This document shows, piece by piece, positions 28,522-37,453 of a stretch of 55,640 nucleotides of DNA. Under the pieces are notes generated by a model, which made no database searches, was not told where the DNA came from, and worked only from the letters and a program-made list of their open reading frames with translations. The stretch is taken from the IMG/VR virus record IMGVR_UViG_3300027847_002824, positions 1-55,640 of that record, one strand, 5' to 3'. The DNA is from a virus (taxonomy: Duplodnaviria > Caudoviricetes). Made by a program: the position numbers and the translations under genes. The stretch's first letter is position 1, and each line of letters starts with the position of its first letter.

Positions 28522-28970
28522 ATTATGTTGAAGCTGTAGATGAGTATGTTTTCCCGACTTCCTATGATAACAAAAGCTTGTTCTTGGCTGGAGGGATCAC
28601 TGGGTGCTCAGATTGGCAAGCAGAGATGGTCGAGAAGCTCTCAGACACCGATCTGACGCTTCTTAACCCCAGACGCAAGGATTTCCCCATAAATGATCCC
28701 AGTGCTGCGAGAGAGCAGATAACATGGGAATGGCATCATTTGCAGTCTGCCAAAGCAATTAGCTTTTGGTTTGCTAAAGAAACAATTCAGCCAATAGTTT
28801 TATTTGAACTTGGCAAGTGGTTGTGTCATGGAAAAAGAATTTTCATTGGCATTGATCCTGAGTATCCACGCAGACAAGATGTGGAGATACAAACGGAACT
28901 GGAATTAAGGATTGAAATTGCATATAGCATTGATGATTTGGTTGATCAAATAAAAGATTCAAAACTCTAA
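28518..28970 (+). CDS. nucleoside 2-deoxyribosyltransferase-like protein
   Basis: LFLAGGIT, LNPRR, QITWE, LFELG. Confidence 0.85.
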   Translation: MNYVEAVDEYVFPTSYDNKSLFLAGGITGCSDWQAEMVEKLSDTDLTLLNPRRKDFPINDPSAAREQITWEWHHLQSAKAISFWFAKETIQPIVLFELGKWLCHGKRIFIGIDPEYPRRQDVEIQTELELRIEIAYSIDDLVDQIKDSKL

Positions 28971-28985
28971 CAGGAATAATAGTAA

Positions 28986-29972
28986 ATGAAGAACTTTCAC
29001 ATGGACATGATTCGGGTTACAGAGGCCGGTGCTATTTGTGCTGCTGAATGGGTTGGACGAGGCAATAAAGAAGAAGCCGATAAAGCGTCTACTGACGCTA
29101 TGAGAAACAGATTGAACAAGGTGGACTTTGCGGCAGAGATTGCTATTGGCGAAGGAATTAAGGATGAGTCTTATGGCTTGTTCGATGGCGAGAGGGTTGG
29201 AAAGAATGCTTATGGCATAATGGAGAACTGCCCTCCTTTGGAGTATTCTATTGCAGTCGATCCCATTGAAGGCACCACGCCAACAGTCAAGGGTGGTTAC
29301 GAAGCGATGTCTGTAATTTCCATGGGAAAAGTTGGATCACTCTATCAAACTGATTGTTTCTATATGGACAAGATTGCTGTTGGCCCAAAGGTGGCGGCAA
29401 GTTCACAGATCGATTTAAGAAATCCTGCCAGTGCAAATGTTGGAATGGTAGCAGCGGCCCTTGGAAAATCTCCTCAACATGTTTGTGTTTGCGTAATGGA
29501 TCGCCCTCGTACTCAGCCATTGGTCAAAGAGCTTCGTGAAATTGGATGTCGCATCAAGTTTATTTCTGATTGTGATGTAACAGCTTGTATTGCCGCCTGT
29601 GTGCCAGATAGTGGTATTGATATGTACTGGAGTATTGGCGGCGCACCTGAAGCTGTGATCGCTGCTTGTGCCATGAAGTGCATGGGCGGATTTTTGCAGT
29701 GTCAAGAAGTAGAGAAGAAAACATCGCCTGAAGATGCTACATTTGCCATTGATAGAATGAATCCAGTTGAAAGCTGGCTTCCAGCTAACGACAAGCTTCT
29801 TTCATTGGAAGACCTTGCTGCTGGCGAAGTGATGTTTGCGGGAACTGGAATCACAGACGGGAAACTATTGAAGGGTGTTCGGTTCACAGCACGTGGGCCA
29901 GTGACGAATTCAATAGCGATGAGATCAGGAAGTCAAACTGTTAGAAGGATGTTTACAGAACATGGGAATTAA
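28986..29972 (+). CDS. glpX: class II fructose-1,6-bisphosphatase
   Basis: RVTEAGA, GRGNKEEADK, IGEG, AVDPIEGT, YMDKI, DRPR, GGAPE, GTGITDG. Confidence 0.95.
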   Translation: MKNFHMDMIRVTEAGAICAAEWVGRGNKEEADKASTDAMRNRLNKVDFAAEIAIGEGIKDESYGLFDGERVGKNAYGIMENCPPLEYSIAVDPIEGTTPTVKGGYEAMSVISMGKVGSLYQTDCFYMDKIAVGPKVAASSQIDLRNPASANVGMVAAALGKSPQHVCVCVMDRPRTQPLVKELREIGCRIKFISDCDVTACIAACVPDSGIDMYWSIGGAPEAVIAACAMKCMGGFLQCQEVEKKTSPEDATFAIDRMNPVESWLPANDKLLSLEDLAAGEVMFAGTGITDGKLLKGVRFTARGPVTNSIAMRSGSQTVRRMFTEHGN

Positions 29973-30321
29973 CCCTTGGTTAGACAAGTTCAACAAAGCA
30001 AGAAAACAAGTAAATCGGTTGAGAGTGCGGATTTTTTGTATAACATCCGCAGGAGAACGTAGATATTTTTCACCATCAAAGCCTATTGCTGTTTCTGTTC
30101 AGTGGGACGCTAATGAGTTTTTGGCAACTCCGCATATTCAAGGTGTCTGTATTGTTGACGGTGATGTTGTTTTGTGGACAGAGGAGTTTCCAACGATTAT
30201 TCTAAAAAACTCAGTTTTCAATGTAGATTTTAGTAAAATGAAAATAGAAGCCGAATGGCTTATCGAAGACATGTTGGAAGACATGTTGGAAGACATGTTG
30301 GAAGAGGATGACTGTGAATAA
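29962..30321 (+). CDS. hypothetical protein
   Basis: ORF with EDML x3 acidic tail. Confidence 0.7.
   Translation: MGINPWLDKFNKARKQVNRLRVRIFCITSAGERRYFSPSKPIAVSVQWDANEFLATPHIQGVCIVDGDVVLWTEEFPTIILKNSVFNVDFSKMKIEAEWLIEDMLEDMLEDMLEEDDCE
30265..30305 (+). repeat. 12-bp tandem repeat x3 (GAAGACATGTTG)
   Basis: Three perfect in-frame copies. Confidence 0.9.
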
Positions 30322-30571
30322 AGACGATCTTTACAAAGTCGCATCCGATGCGTATTATTTACGTCCAGAAATGGTCAAGTTCTTATTGATTGAGAACTTG
30401 GCCTTAAAGACATTACTGCATGACAAAGGGTTATATACTCCTGAAGAGTTTGGTGAGTACCAACAGCAGGCTGCTGAGACTCTTGAAGATAGAGCCAAAC
30501 AGCAGATGGCGGAACACCTTAAACTTATGATGGACTCAGGAGAAAAGAAGAATGGACCCACAGACATTTAA
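30308..30571 (+). CDS. hypothetical protein
   Basis: 87-aa ORF overlapping its neighbours. Confidence 0.7.
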   Translation: MTVNKDDLYKVASDAYYLRPEMVKFLLIENLALKTLLHDKGLYTPEEFGEYQQQAAETLEDRAKQQMAEHLKLMMDSGEKKNGPTDI

Positions 30572-30851
30572 CTTCGGACTTGCGGTAGGACTATTTGGCA
30601 TCTATTTTCTTTTAGATGCCATTAACGCTTATTTCACTATCAAAGTTGTTCAAATGGCTCCGTTTCATGCAGCTAGTGCTGGATGTACAATGCACTTCTT
30701 TATTGCACTTGGAGTCTTGTCTTATGTAAACAACTTTTGGTACATCATCCCAATGATGGCTGGATCATGGTTAGGGATTTACACTTTGTTGTCTTATCGT
30801 AGATATAAAAACAAGAACAACGAAGAAGAGGGTCAGCCGCCTATCTTTTGA
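30552..30851 (+). CDS. small membrane protein (about 3 TM)
   Basis: Three hydrophobic segments, GSWLG motif. Confidence 0.7.
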   Translation: MDPQTFNFGLAVGLFGIYFLLDAINAYFTIKVVQMAPFHAASAGCTMHFFIALGVLSYVNNFWYIIPMMAGSWLGIYTLLSYRRYKNKNNEEEGQPPIF

Positions 30852-31465
30852 GGAAAATGAGGTGGTGGTAACTCATGAAAGATGGGGTCTTGCTCATTAC
30901 TGAGGTCTCCTCCATCGCCTGTGCCTTCTCCGTTACCTTCACCTTTTGGGCCTTTACCGCCCTTTCCTTTGCCTTTACCGCCCTTGCCATCGCCCTTGCC
31001 CTTGCCCTTCATTCCATCCTTTGACATTTCTCCATAGAACTTTCCTCCAGCACCAATCTTCTTTTGTATCTTCATGGCTTGTTCGTGAAGTTCTCTGGTG
31101 TATGGCAACTTGTGTAATCGTGGCTCATTGCTTGCTTCTTTATTGTGCAATATTGGTATGCTTGATTTCTCTTTAAGTAGAGGCTCAAGGTCTCTGGCCC
31201 AGATTAGAATTTGACCTTCGCTGCCCGTTTTGTTGTTTGGCTCTTCTACAACTATCCATTTGATTTCAAACTTCTGAGGCATTGATTGTTCGGTTGGCCA
31301 GCCTTCTAGCCCAGCTAGAGAGTGCCATAGGCTGACGCTAAACAATATTGCAATGGCGACAACTATACCTTTTGCCCACCACCATCCTTTGCTTCCAATG
31401 ACGATCCAAAGTGTCAATGTTGCTATAATTACAAACGCTGCTGGGATTCCAAATGTATCAATCAT
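30833..31465 (-). CDS. membrane protein, third gene of the ExbB/ExbD-like module
   Basis: Two N-terminal TM segments, Gly/Lys-rich linker, ELPPPHFPQK end. Confidence 0.75.
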   Translation of the reverse strand: MIDTFGIPAAFVIIATLTLWIVIGSKGWWWAKGIVVAIAILFSVSLWHSLAGLEGWPTEQSMPQKFEIKWIVVEEPNNKTGSEGQILIWARDLEPLLKEKSSIPILHNKEASNEPRLHKLPYTRELHEQAMKIQKKIGAGGKFYGEMSKDGMKGKGKGDGKGGKGKGKGGKGPKGEGNGEGTGDGGDLSNEQDPIFHELPPPHFPQKIGG

Positions 31466-32160
31466 TCAATAAATTCTCCGGTGTTGTCGTCAAACCCATC
31501 TCCGTCTTCGTCGATAGGTTCGTTATTTCCGTTGTCAAAAGGTTGTGGAGCAGAAAGATTCTGGCCCACAGCCAGTTCTTTTTGAAGATCGTTGATACTT
31601 AGAACATCGCCTTCTTTGTCTAGCGTGAATCTAAAAGCCGTTTTCTCATCTCCGTTAGGCCCCAAGATTACCTCTTTAATTGTTATCAGCTTAACAGATG
31701 GGTTAAGCTTTTCTATTTTGATTGTAACAGGAGTTTCTTTATCTTTGTCTTTGCGAAGATACATGTGTACGTTGACAGTGTATTCTCCGGGTATGATTCC
31801 TCTGATGGTTACAATCTCTCTGTTTTCTTTAACTTCATATGTTGTACCGTCTGGCAAGAAAACTGTATCGTTCTTTGTACCCAGATCATCTCTATCCAAG
31901 TGGAGTAATCCTTTTTCACGAGATCGAAAAAACACTAAATTGCCGAGTGGGTCTTCGACATAAGTGTCAACATCGTTATCGGATTCTTCTGGCCATGTAA
32001 TTGTGATTAAGAATTCAGCCTTGGCTTCGACCTTTTTGTTCTTCTCTATCTTTTTAGCCATCAATAGAAAGGCCAAACAGAATAGGCACATAAATACAGC
32101 CAATAAATTAGTAGTCAGGTCTGTTAGGGCCAGACCGCCACCCTCTTTGTGTGTTCTCAT
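31462..32160 (-). CDS. ExbD/TolR/MotB-like single-TM protein with YfaP/DUF2135-like domain
   Basis: Asp at TM start (LTDLTTNLL); DVDTYVEDP, LDRDD, PGEYTVNVHMY. Confidence 0.65.
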   Translation of the reverse strand: MRTHKEGGGLALTDLTTNLLAVFMCLFCLAFLLMAKKIEKNKKVEAKAEFLITITWPEESDNDVDTYVEDPLGNLVFFRSREKGLLHLDRDDLGTKNDTVFLPDGTTYEVKENREIVTIRGIIPGEYTVNVHMYLRKDKDKETPVTIKIEKLNPSVKLITIKEVILGPNGDEKTAFRFTLDKEGDVLSINDLQKELAVGQNLSAPQPFDNGNNEPIDEDGDGFDDNTGEFIE

Positions 32161-32690
32161 TTATTGCTTACCTTTTTTCTAGCATAAGATAAATTGAAAT
32201 ATTGCATCTTAAGTAAAAGACTGGCAATGAGTCCAGTTAAAGTTGTATAGAATGCAACAGAAACTCCTGAGACTAAATTGGATACGAGACCTTGAACTGC
32301 GTTAATATCAGCTAGATCAACTCCAACAAATCCTTTAAGCGCATAGATCATTCCGCAAATTGTTCCGATGAAACCAAGAACTTGAAAGCATTCTGCGGCG
32401 AACCATCCAATTTCTTCTTGGACTTCTACGTCCATGAGTTTGTTGGGGTCTACATTGCCGCTGCCCCCTATCGTATTGACGCTTCTGCTGGCTGAATAAC
32501 TCAGCAGGAATGTTTTGATTCCGCACCATAAAGACACGAAAACAAAAAGGCAGAAAATGGTGGGGCTAATAAATGTCCAGTCTTCATTAAGAATTTCTGT
32601 GAAGGCACCAAATTGATGTGCGAAGTATCCTGCGATACTTGTGAGACATACGATGACCCACCATCGTAGAAATATTAAGTGTTTGACCAT
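32157..32690 (-). CDS. MotA/TolQ/ExbB proton-channel family protein
   Basis: LGFIGTICGMIYAL and GVSVAFYTTLTGL helices. Confidence 0.85.
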   Translation of the reverse strand: MVKHLIFLRWWVIVCLTSIAGYFAHQFGAFTEILNEDWTFISPTIFCLFVFVSLWCGIKTFLLSYSASRSVNTIGGSGNVDPNKLMDVEVQEEIGWFAAECFQVLGFIGTICGMIYALKGFVGVDLADINAVQGLVSNLVSGVSVAFYTTLTGLIASLLLKMQYFNLSYARKKVSNK

Positions 32691-32738
32691 GGAGTACCTG
32701 AACTTTCCTAAAAAACAGTTTTAGTTATTATAGTTAGG

Positions 32739-33416
32739 TTACTGGTCTTTTTGCCTCTTAACTTTAGTCTTGAGCTTTCCCATGCCAACTTCTGTCTGAA
32801 CTGTGAACAGCCATCCATGGTTGGATGCCCAGTCGTTAGCTGATGCCCATTTTGCCCTATTTTGCTCTTGTTGGGTTTGATTTGCAGGTTTTACCTCCCA
32901 TATTTCAACACTTCCGTCAATAAAATTAACTCGAATGTCAGGAATATAGTTGTGCCACTTTCCTTGCCAGTAATAAGGAACTTTATAGGGTTCTGCGGCA
33001 AATGAAGTAACATCCCTGTCCTGTTCTAATAAGTTGTAGAATTCTTCTTCCATTCCTGATCGGTAATGAATTAGCTTTCCGCTTTTGATTGAATCAAATT
33101 CTCCAGTTCTAAATTTTGGCTTTCTAGTCTTTTTCTTTTGTCCACCGGGCTTGAAATCATGCCAAACACCCACTTTTGTTTGTAGGCCACTAGGCATAAC
33201 TCTGCTTCTGTGCTTGGCTTTGTAGTGCATTTTGAGATCACGCACTGGGGCTTCACAATCTGGACATTTAAGATATTCACGTCCTTCATCGTGTTCCATG
33301 AGAATATGCTCTTTGTACTTTGGATAATCTTCATAAGACTTTCCGCACACAAAGCATTGCCATTTTCTCATGGATTTCTTGTCGCCGCCATTGCTGTCTT
33401 CAAACAGTCGTGACAT
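32739..33416 (-). CDS. TnsA-like / T4 gp4-like endonuclease with N-terminal C2H2 zinc fingers
   Basis: CFVC..H..H and CPDC..H..H fingers; YRSGME, YIPDI, EVKP. Confidence 0.8.
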   Translation of the reverse strand: MSRLFEDSNGGDKKSMRKWQCFVCGKSYEDYPKYKEHILMEHDEGREYLKCPDCEAPVRDLKMHYKAKHRSRVMPSGLQTKVGVWHDFKPGGQKKKTRKPKFRTGEFDSIKSGKLIHYRSGMEEEFYNLLEQDRDVTSFAAEPYKVPYYWQGKWHNYIPDIRVNFIDGSVEIWEVKPANQTQQEQNRAKWASANDWASNHGWLFTVQTEVGMGKLKTKVKRQKDQ

Positions 33417-33796
33417 TATTCATCCCTGCAATTCACGATGTTCTGAACCATTTGCAATGTTTCTCTCAACTTCGCATCAAGTTCTAGCACGATGATCTCT
33501 ACAATCTCATAAAGGTCTTTCACTTGACTGTTTCTTGCAGAGTTAGGAAGTGCTCCATCGGACAATGTAAGATAAGCAACAGAATCCTTCTTTACATCAA
33601 GAGTGTATGTAAATGTCAAGTTGCCAATTTGAGATTTCGTAATGAAGAGATCCCAAGTGACTGAGCCTTCGACTTTTGTTGATTGGAATTGTGTTCCTCC
33701 TAAATGGAGCCACACAAATCCAGCAGCCTTCGTTTGTTCAATGGTTTCACGAACCAGAGATTCATTATAAAGGTCTTGGAGTTCTAATAAGTTCAT
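33416..33796 (-). CDS. hypothetical protein (paralog A)
   Basis: Shares IEQTKA, WDLFxTK, VKxLY, NCR with the next gene. Confidence 0.8.
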   Translation of the reverse strand: MNLLELQDLYNESLVRETIEQTKAAGFVWLHLGGTQFQSTKVEGSVTWDLFITKSQIGNLTFTYTLDVKKDSVAYLTLSDGALPNSARNSQVKDLYEIVEIIVLELDAKLRETLQMVQNIVNCRDE

Positions 33797-33804
33797 GTTA
33801 CCTC

Positions 33805-34254
33805 TTAGTCATTTCTGCAATTTGCTAGATTGAAAATTAGCTTACTGATATCTTTGGTTTTGAGTTCTTTTTCGTCAAGAACTATTTTTTCAACAATTAT
33901 ATAAAGCTCTTTAACACCAGTGGACCTTAATGATGACGAGGAAGTATTTTGGCCTTGTGTTAGCACTGGGGTTTCTTTAATTGAGTTGTTTAGTATGTTG
34001 TCTCTCATTATGTCAAGACTGTATTGGTATCCGCTTCCAGCACCAGTAGTTAGAGTTTTTGTTAAGAACAAATCCCAAACAGTATCAATTTCTACCATTT
34101 TAGATTGATAATTTGTTCCATCTATTTTGTCCCATGTTATGGTGGAGTTGCCCGGAGCTTTTGTTTGTTCTATTAACATACGAATTAGAATTTCATCATT
34201 TAGAACTTCTAGCTCAATTACGTTAATTGCTTTTTGAGGAACTGTGTCTGTCAT
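33805..34254 (-). CDS. hypothetical protein (paralog B)
   Basis: Tandem paralog of 33416..33796. Confidence 0.8.
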   Translation of the reverse strand: MTDTVPQKAINVIELEVLNDEILIRMLIEQTKAPGNSTITWDKIDGTNYQSKMVEIDTVWDLFLTKTLTTGAGSGYQYSLDIMRDNILNNSIKETPVLTQGQNTSSSSLRSTGVKELYIIVEKIVLDEKELKTKDISKLIFNLANCRND

Positions 34255-34724
34255 TATTCATCCTCATCTTTTTGGGTAAAGTTTGGTGCTTTATCAGGAT
34301 CATGTTGCAACAAGTTGCTGATATCAATTACTCTCAGACCTCCCATGCCAAACTTTTGAGGGAAAGCTTTATCTCCAAGTCCCTTGGCTTCTTTTTTAAG
34401 CTCTTTGACAACCTCTTCTCGTTCCATTACTTTAAGTTCATTCAAGTCCTTATTGTAAAGAATGTGTTGGCTTGGCTCTCCACGAATAGCTTTGCTCATG
34501 TTATCTGCTGTGAAACTGGCCTCTTCTTCCCAACCTTTAGGCATTTCATCATCTGGGTTTTTCATCTTGGCAAACGCTATTCTTCCATCTTCGTTAACTG
34601 CGAAGATGCTTCCTTCTTTTTTGAAGAAAAGTATGTAGCCGCCTTTATCGATTAAAGACTCTACTTTATCTGTAGAGCTTTCTGTTGTTTTGAACCAATT
34701 TCGGAATCCAGTTGCTTTAGTCAT
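34254..34724 (-). CDS. hypothetical protein with N-terminal FRNWF motif
   Basis: MTKATGFRNWFKTTE; start uncertain (34724 or 34751). Confidence 0.7.
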   Translation of the reverse strand: MTKATGFRNWFKTTESSTDKVESLIDKGGYILFFKKEGSIFAVNEDGRIAFAKMKNPDDEMPKGWEEEASFTADNMSKAIRGEPSQHILYNKDLNELKVMEREEVVKELKKEAKGLGDKAFPQKFGMGGLRVIDISNLLQHDPDKAPNFTQKDEDE

Positions 34725-34798
34725 TTTTTTGTTACCATATTTGTCAATCATTACTATGGTAATGATGACTTGTCCCTCTTTGATATATAGGAAACAAA

Positions 34799-35305
34799 AT
34801 GACAAATGCAAGAAATCGTTACATGAAGAATTATAGGACACGTAGAAAAGAAATGGGGTTGTGTAGAACTTGTGACAATCCCATTTGTGAAAGGTCTACT
34901 TGTATGTGTGTTGATTGCCTTGATAGCAACAATAAACTTTCTCGAAAATCATTTAAGAAAATGGACCCCTTAAAGAAAAGGCACGTCAGGCTAAAAAGCA
35001 GTGCTTCTTCTAGGGGCATTGAGTGTTTGTCGTTTGATCAGTTTTCTAAGTGGGAAGAGTCTCAAGACAAAAAGTGTGCTTATTGTTCTATTGGAGAGAA
35101 TATGTTGCGTAAAAGCAAAAGAAGAAGAGTTTTGACAATTGATCGAAGAGATAATTCTAAAGGGTATATTTCGGACAACATGTGTTATTGCTGTAATAGA
35201 TGCAACATATTAAAAAGCGATTTCTTTACAGAAGGCCAATGGATGGAAATATCTGACAAGTACATTAAACCAAGACTTGATGAATATCATGGGTTTGAGT
35301 CATAG
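34799..35305 (+). CDS. HNH endonuclease
   Basis: CAYC, TIDRRDNSKGY, CCNRCN; N-terminal Cys cluster. Confidence 0.85.
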   Translation: MTNARNRYMKNYRTRRKEMGLCRTCDNPICERSTCMCVDCLDSNNKLSRKSFKKMDPLKKRHVRLKSSASSRGIECLSFDQFSKWEESQDKKCAYCSIGENMLRKSKRRRVLTIDRRDNSKGYISDNMCYCCNRCNILKSDFFTEGQWMEISDKYIKPRLDEYHGFES

Positions 35306-35315
35306 ATATAGAGAC

Positions 35316-35888
35316 ATGGATACTTTTAGACGATTTATGAAATCACAGACTTTCGATATTTCTTTGAAAGAGATCGAAGCTGCTCCTGCTGCGGGCATGG
35401 CATCTCCCCCTCAAGGCTCTAGCACTACAAATAAGCATCATTTTGATTCTTTGGAAAGGGAATTGGATATTGATGACATCAAACCTGCACTTGAAGGTGC
35501 TCCAGTTACTTTGTATCAATTGCTTAGATTTGACTGGCCTTTTAGAGTGGATTCTCCAATTGAGGTTTCAGTTGAAGAAAAAACTCCAAGTGATGATGGA
35601 AAAGGAAATGGGTTTTATGAGGTGACTTACTTCTTGACAAAGATGAATAGACACAAGTTTGTTCATCCATATAAGGATGGAGAAACTCCATTTGCTTATC
35701 AGGGAGTCATTGAAGACAAGACAGAGATAATAACCCAAGAAGAATTGTCTAATGGAATGGTGCCGCCTCTTGAGCAAGGTGGCGGTGCAGGCGGTGCTCC
35801 ACCAATGGGCGGCGATCCAATGGGTGGTGGAATGGGAGGTGCTCCACCAATGGGCGGTGCTCCTCCACCAATGCCCGGAATGATGTAG
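35316..35888 (+). CDS. hypothetical protein with Gly/Pro/Met-rich tail
   Basis: MDTFRRFMK start; GGAPPMGG repeats at the C-terminus. Confidence 0.75.
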   Translation: MDTFRRFMKSQTFDISLKEIEAAPAAGMASPPQGSSTTNKHHFDSLERELDIDDIKPALEGAPVTLYQLLRFDWPFRVDSPIEVSVEEKTPSDDGKGNGFYEVTYFLTKMNRHKFVHPYKDGETPFAYQGVIEDKTEIITQEELSNGMVPPLEQGGGAGGAPPMGGDPMGGGMGGAPPMGGAPPPMPGMM

Positions 35889-35895
35889 GAGAATT

Positions 35896-36120
35896 ATGAG
35901 ATTCAAAGATTTTCTAATTAAAGAAGTTGGCACCAGCACTGGAGATGTTGCTGGATTTCGTCGTATATCAATACCTTTGACTAGACGTATGTGGCCACCT
36001 AACATTGCTGCAATGGTTTCGGAGAATCCCCCAGAGACTTCTGGCAAAAAGAAGAAACCTATGATGCAGCCACAAGTCAAAGAGGATTACTGCAAGCCCG
36101 GTCGAGTCTCTGGATCATGA
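35896..36120 (+). CDS. small protein with MRFKDFLIKE N-terminus
   Basis: AGGAG RBS; CTS-like motif. Confidence 0.7.
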   Translation: MRFKDFLIKEVGTSTGDVAGFRRISIPLTRRMWPPNIAAMVSENPPETSGKKKKPMMQPQVKEDYCKPGRVSGS

Positions 36121-36455
36121 ACTCCTGTATCTAACTCAATGTCTTGCTCTACTTGATCTGGTGTTCCATAAGGAGTGGCTCCCATATGAGACATAGCTTC
36201 GGCTATCCTACGCTCTGCTTTCACCCTTGGGGCACCGTGCTTGAATCTATAGTCATGCCCTGTAGAACCATTGTTCCACCGATCAGTTCCAACAGGGTTT
36301 CCAAAAGCAAAGGCACATCCTGACGCTAGTTTGTCTTTGTCTTTTGATTCACAGTGTGGACATTCCACATCTTTATATTCCCCTGTTTCGTCGTACTTGC
36401 ACAGGTCTTCGTAAGTCTTATCGCAATTTTTGCATTCAAATTCATAAAGTGGCAT
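36087..36455 (-). CDS. FmdB-family zinc-ribbon protein
   Basis: MPLYEFECKNC...CPHC; GGAG RBS. Confidence 0.85.
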   Translation of the reverse strand: MPLYEFECKNCDKTYEDLCKYDETGEYKDVECPHCESKDKDKLASGCAFAFGNPVGTDRWNNGSTGHDYRFKHGAPRVKAERRIAEAMSHMGATPYGTPDQVEQDIELDTGVHDPETRPGLQ

Positions 36456-36777
36456 CGTCTTCTCCTTCATCCTCTTCTTCATGAGACCCAGAAGTTATTT
36501 GCATGAGTCTTATGTATATCAGTTCTATCTGTTTCATTTTATAATCAGCACTGCGGAATCTCCAGAAAATACTTTTCTCCGCTACGCCAATTGCTTTGCT
36601 CATTACGTCATTAGCTAACTCTGTTTGAGCGAGGTCCATGTGCATGACTTCAAGAAGGTCTTGTTTGTCAATATAAGCAATGGCTTCTGTGTCCTCTTCA
36701 TACTCTTCGAATGTATCATCTTTGAACTCAAATTCTGGTACATTATCTTCGTCGTCGTTATTAAAGAATCTTTCCAT
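36442..36777 (-). CDS. hypothetical acidic protein
   Basis: GAGG RBS before MERFF. Confidence 0.7.
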   Translation of the reverse strand: MERFFNNDDEDNVPEFEFKDDTFEEYEEDTEAIAYIDKQDLLEVMHMDLAQTELANDVMSKAIGVAEKSIFWRFRSADYKMKQIELIYIRLMQITSGSHEEEDEGEDDATL

Positions 36778-36785
36778 TTTGAACC

Positions 36786-37439
36786 TCAACTTAGTGCGCT
36801 GTAAAGCGAGCACATTTTTTTCCATAATTCGATAACCCTGTTCTCATTGACCGTCATAGCTGTTAAAGCTAATCCAGCCGCATTCGAGAAAGGACATCCT
36901 CTGAGTGTATCTATCCACTTTCCACACCCTTTCTTGTAACTTATCAAGCATCTTGTTTCGTTTGTTTCTTTCGCTTCAAAACAAATCGTGGAAGATGCTT
37001 TTAATTCACTGTTTTCCAACACGTACTTGTTCATCATATCAGATACGTTGGGGTTCTTTAAGAACCATACGTGATCATCAAATATTTCTGTTTCGGAGTT
37101 GAAAGTTTCTGTAATTTTTGGACATAAAGTTTCTGTTGCTAGCACAAGAGGCTCAACAATCATGAGGTTTTCTTTTGACTTGTGTGATCTTTTAATGGAA
37201 TCCATTTTTCTTAAAATCGGTTGGTCTCCAAATGATTCATGATGAATAACAGGTATATTAACACGTTTTGCCCACTGGTAAAGTTGAAATAACGGTTTTC
37301 CATTTCTTATCGAAGTTATGGAAATGTCTGCTTCAGGAAGATTATTGTAAAATGAGTACCACGTTGCAAATGTCTCCCAATCTCTACCGGGTTCTGTGAT
37401 TATAATCACACAAAGGTTTTTTCCTGTTTCTGTAATCAT
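36786..37439 (-). CDS. hypothetical protein
   Basis: 217-aa ORF. Confidence 0.75.
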   Translation of the reverse strand: MITETGKNLCVIIITEPGRDWETFATWYSFYNNLPEADISITSIRNGKPLFQLYQWAKRVNIPVIHHESFGDQPILRKMDSIKRSHKSKENLMIVEPLVLATETLCPKITETFNSETEIFDDHVWFLKNPNVSDMMNKYVLENSELKASSTICFEAKETNETRCLISYKKGCGKWIDTLRGCPFSNAAGLALTAMTVNENRVIELWKKMCSLYSALS

Positions 37440-37453
37440 AACTTAAGATAGTG

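Noticed and set aside
30265-30305. Tandem repeats as a possible CRISPR array
   Set aside because: Short head-to-tail in-frame repeats with no spacers; no CRISPR array or cas gene seen in the window
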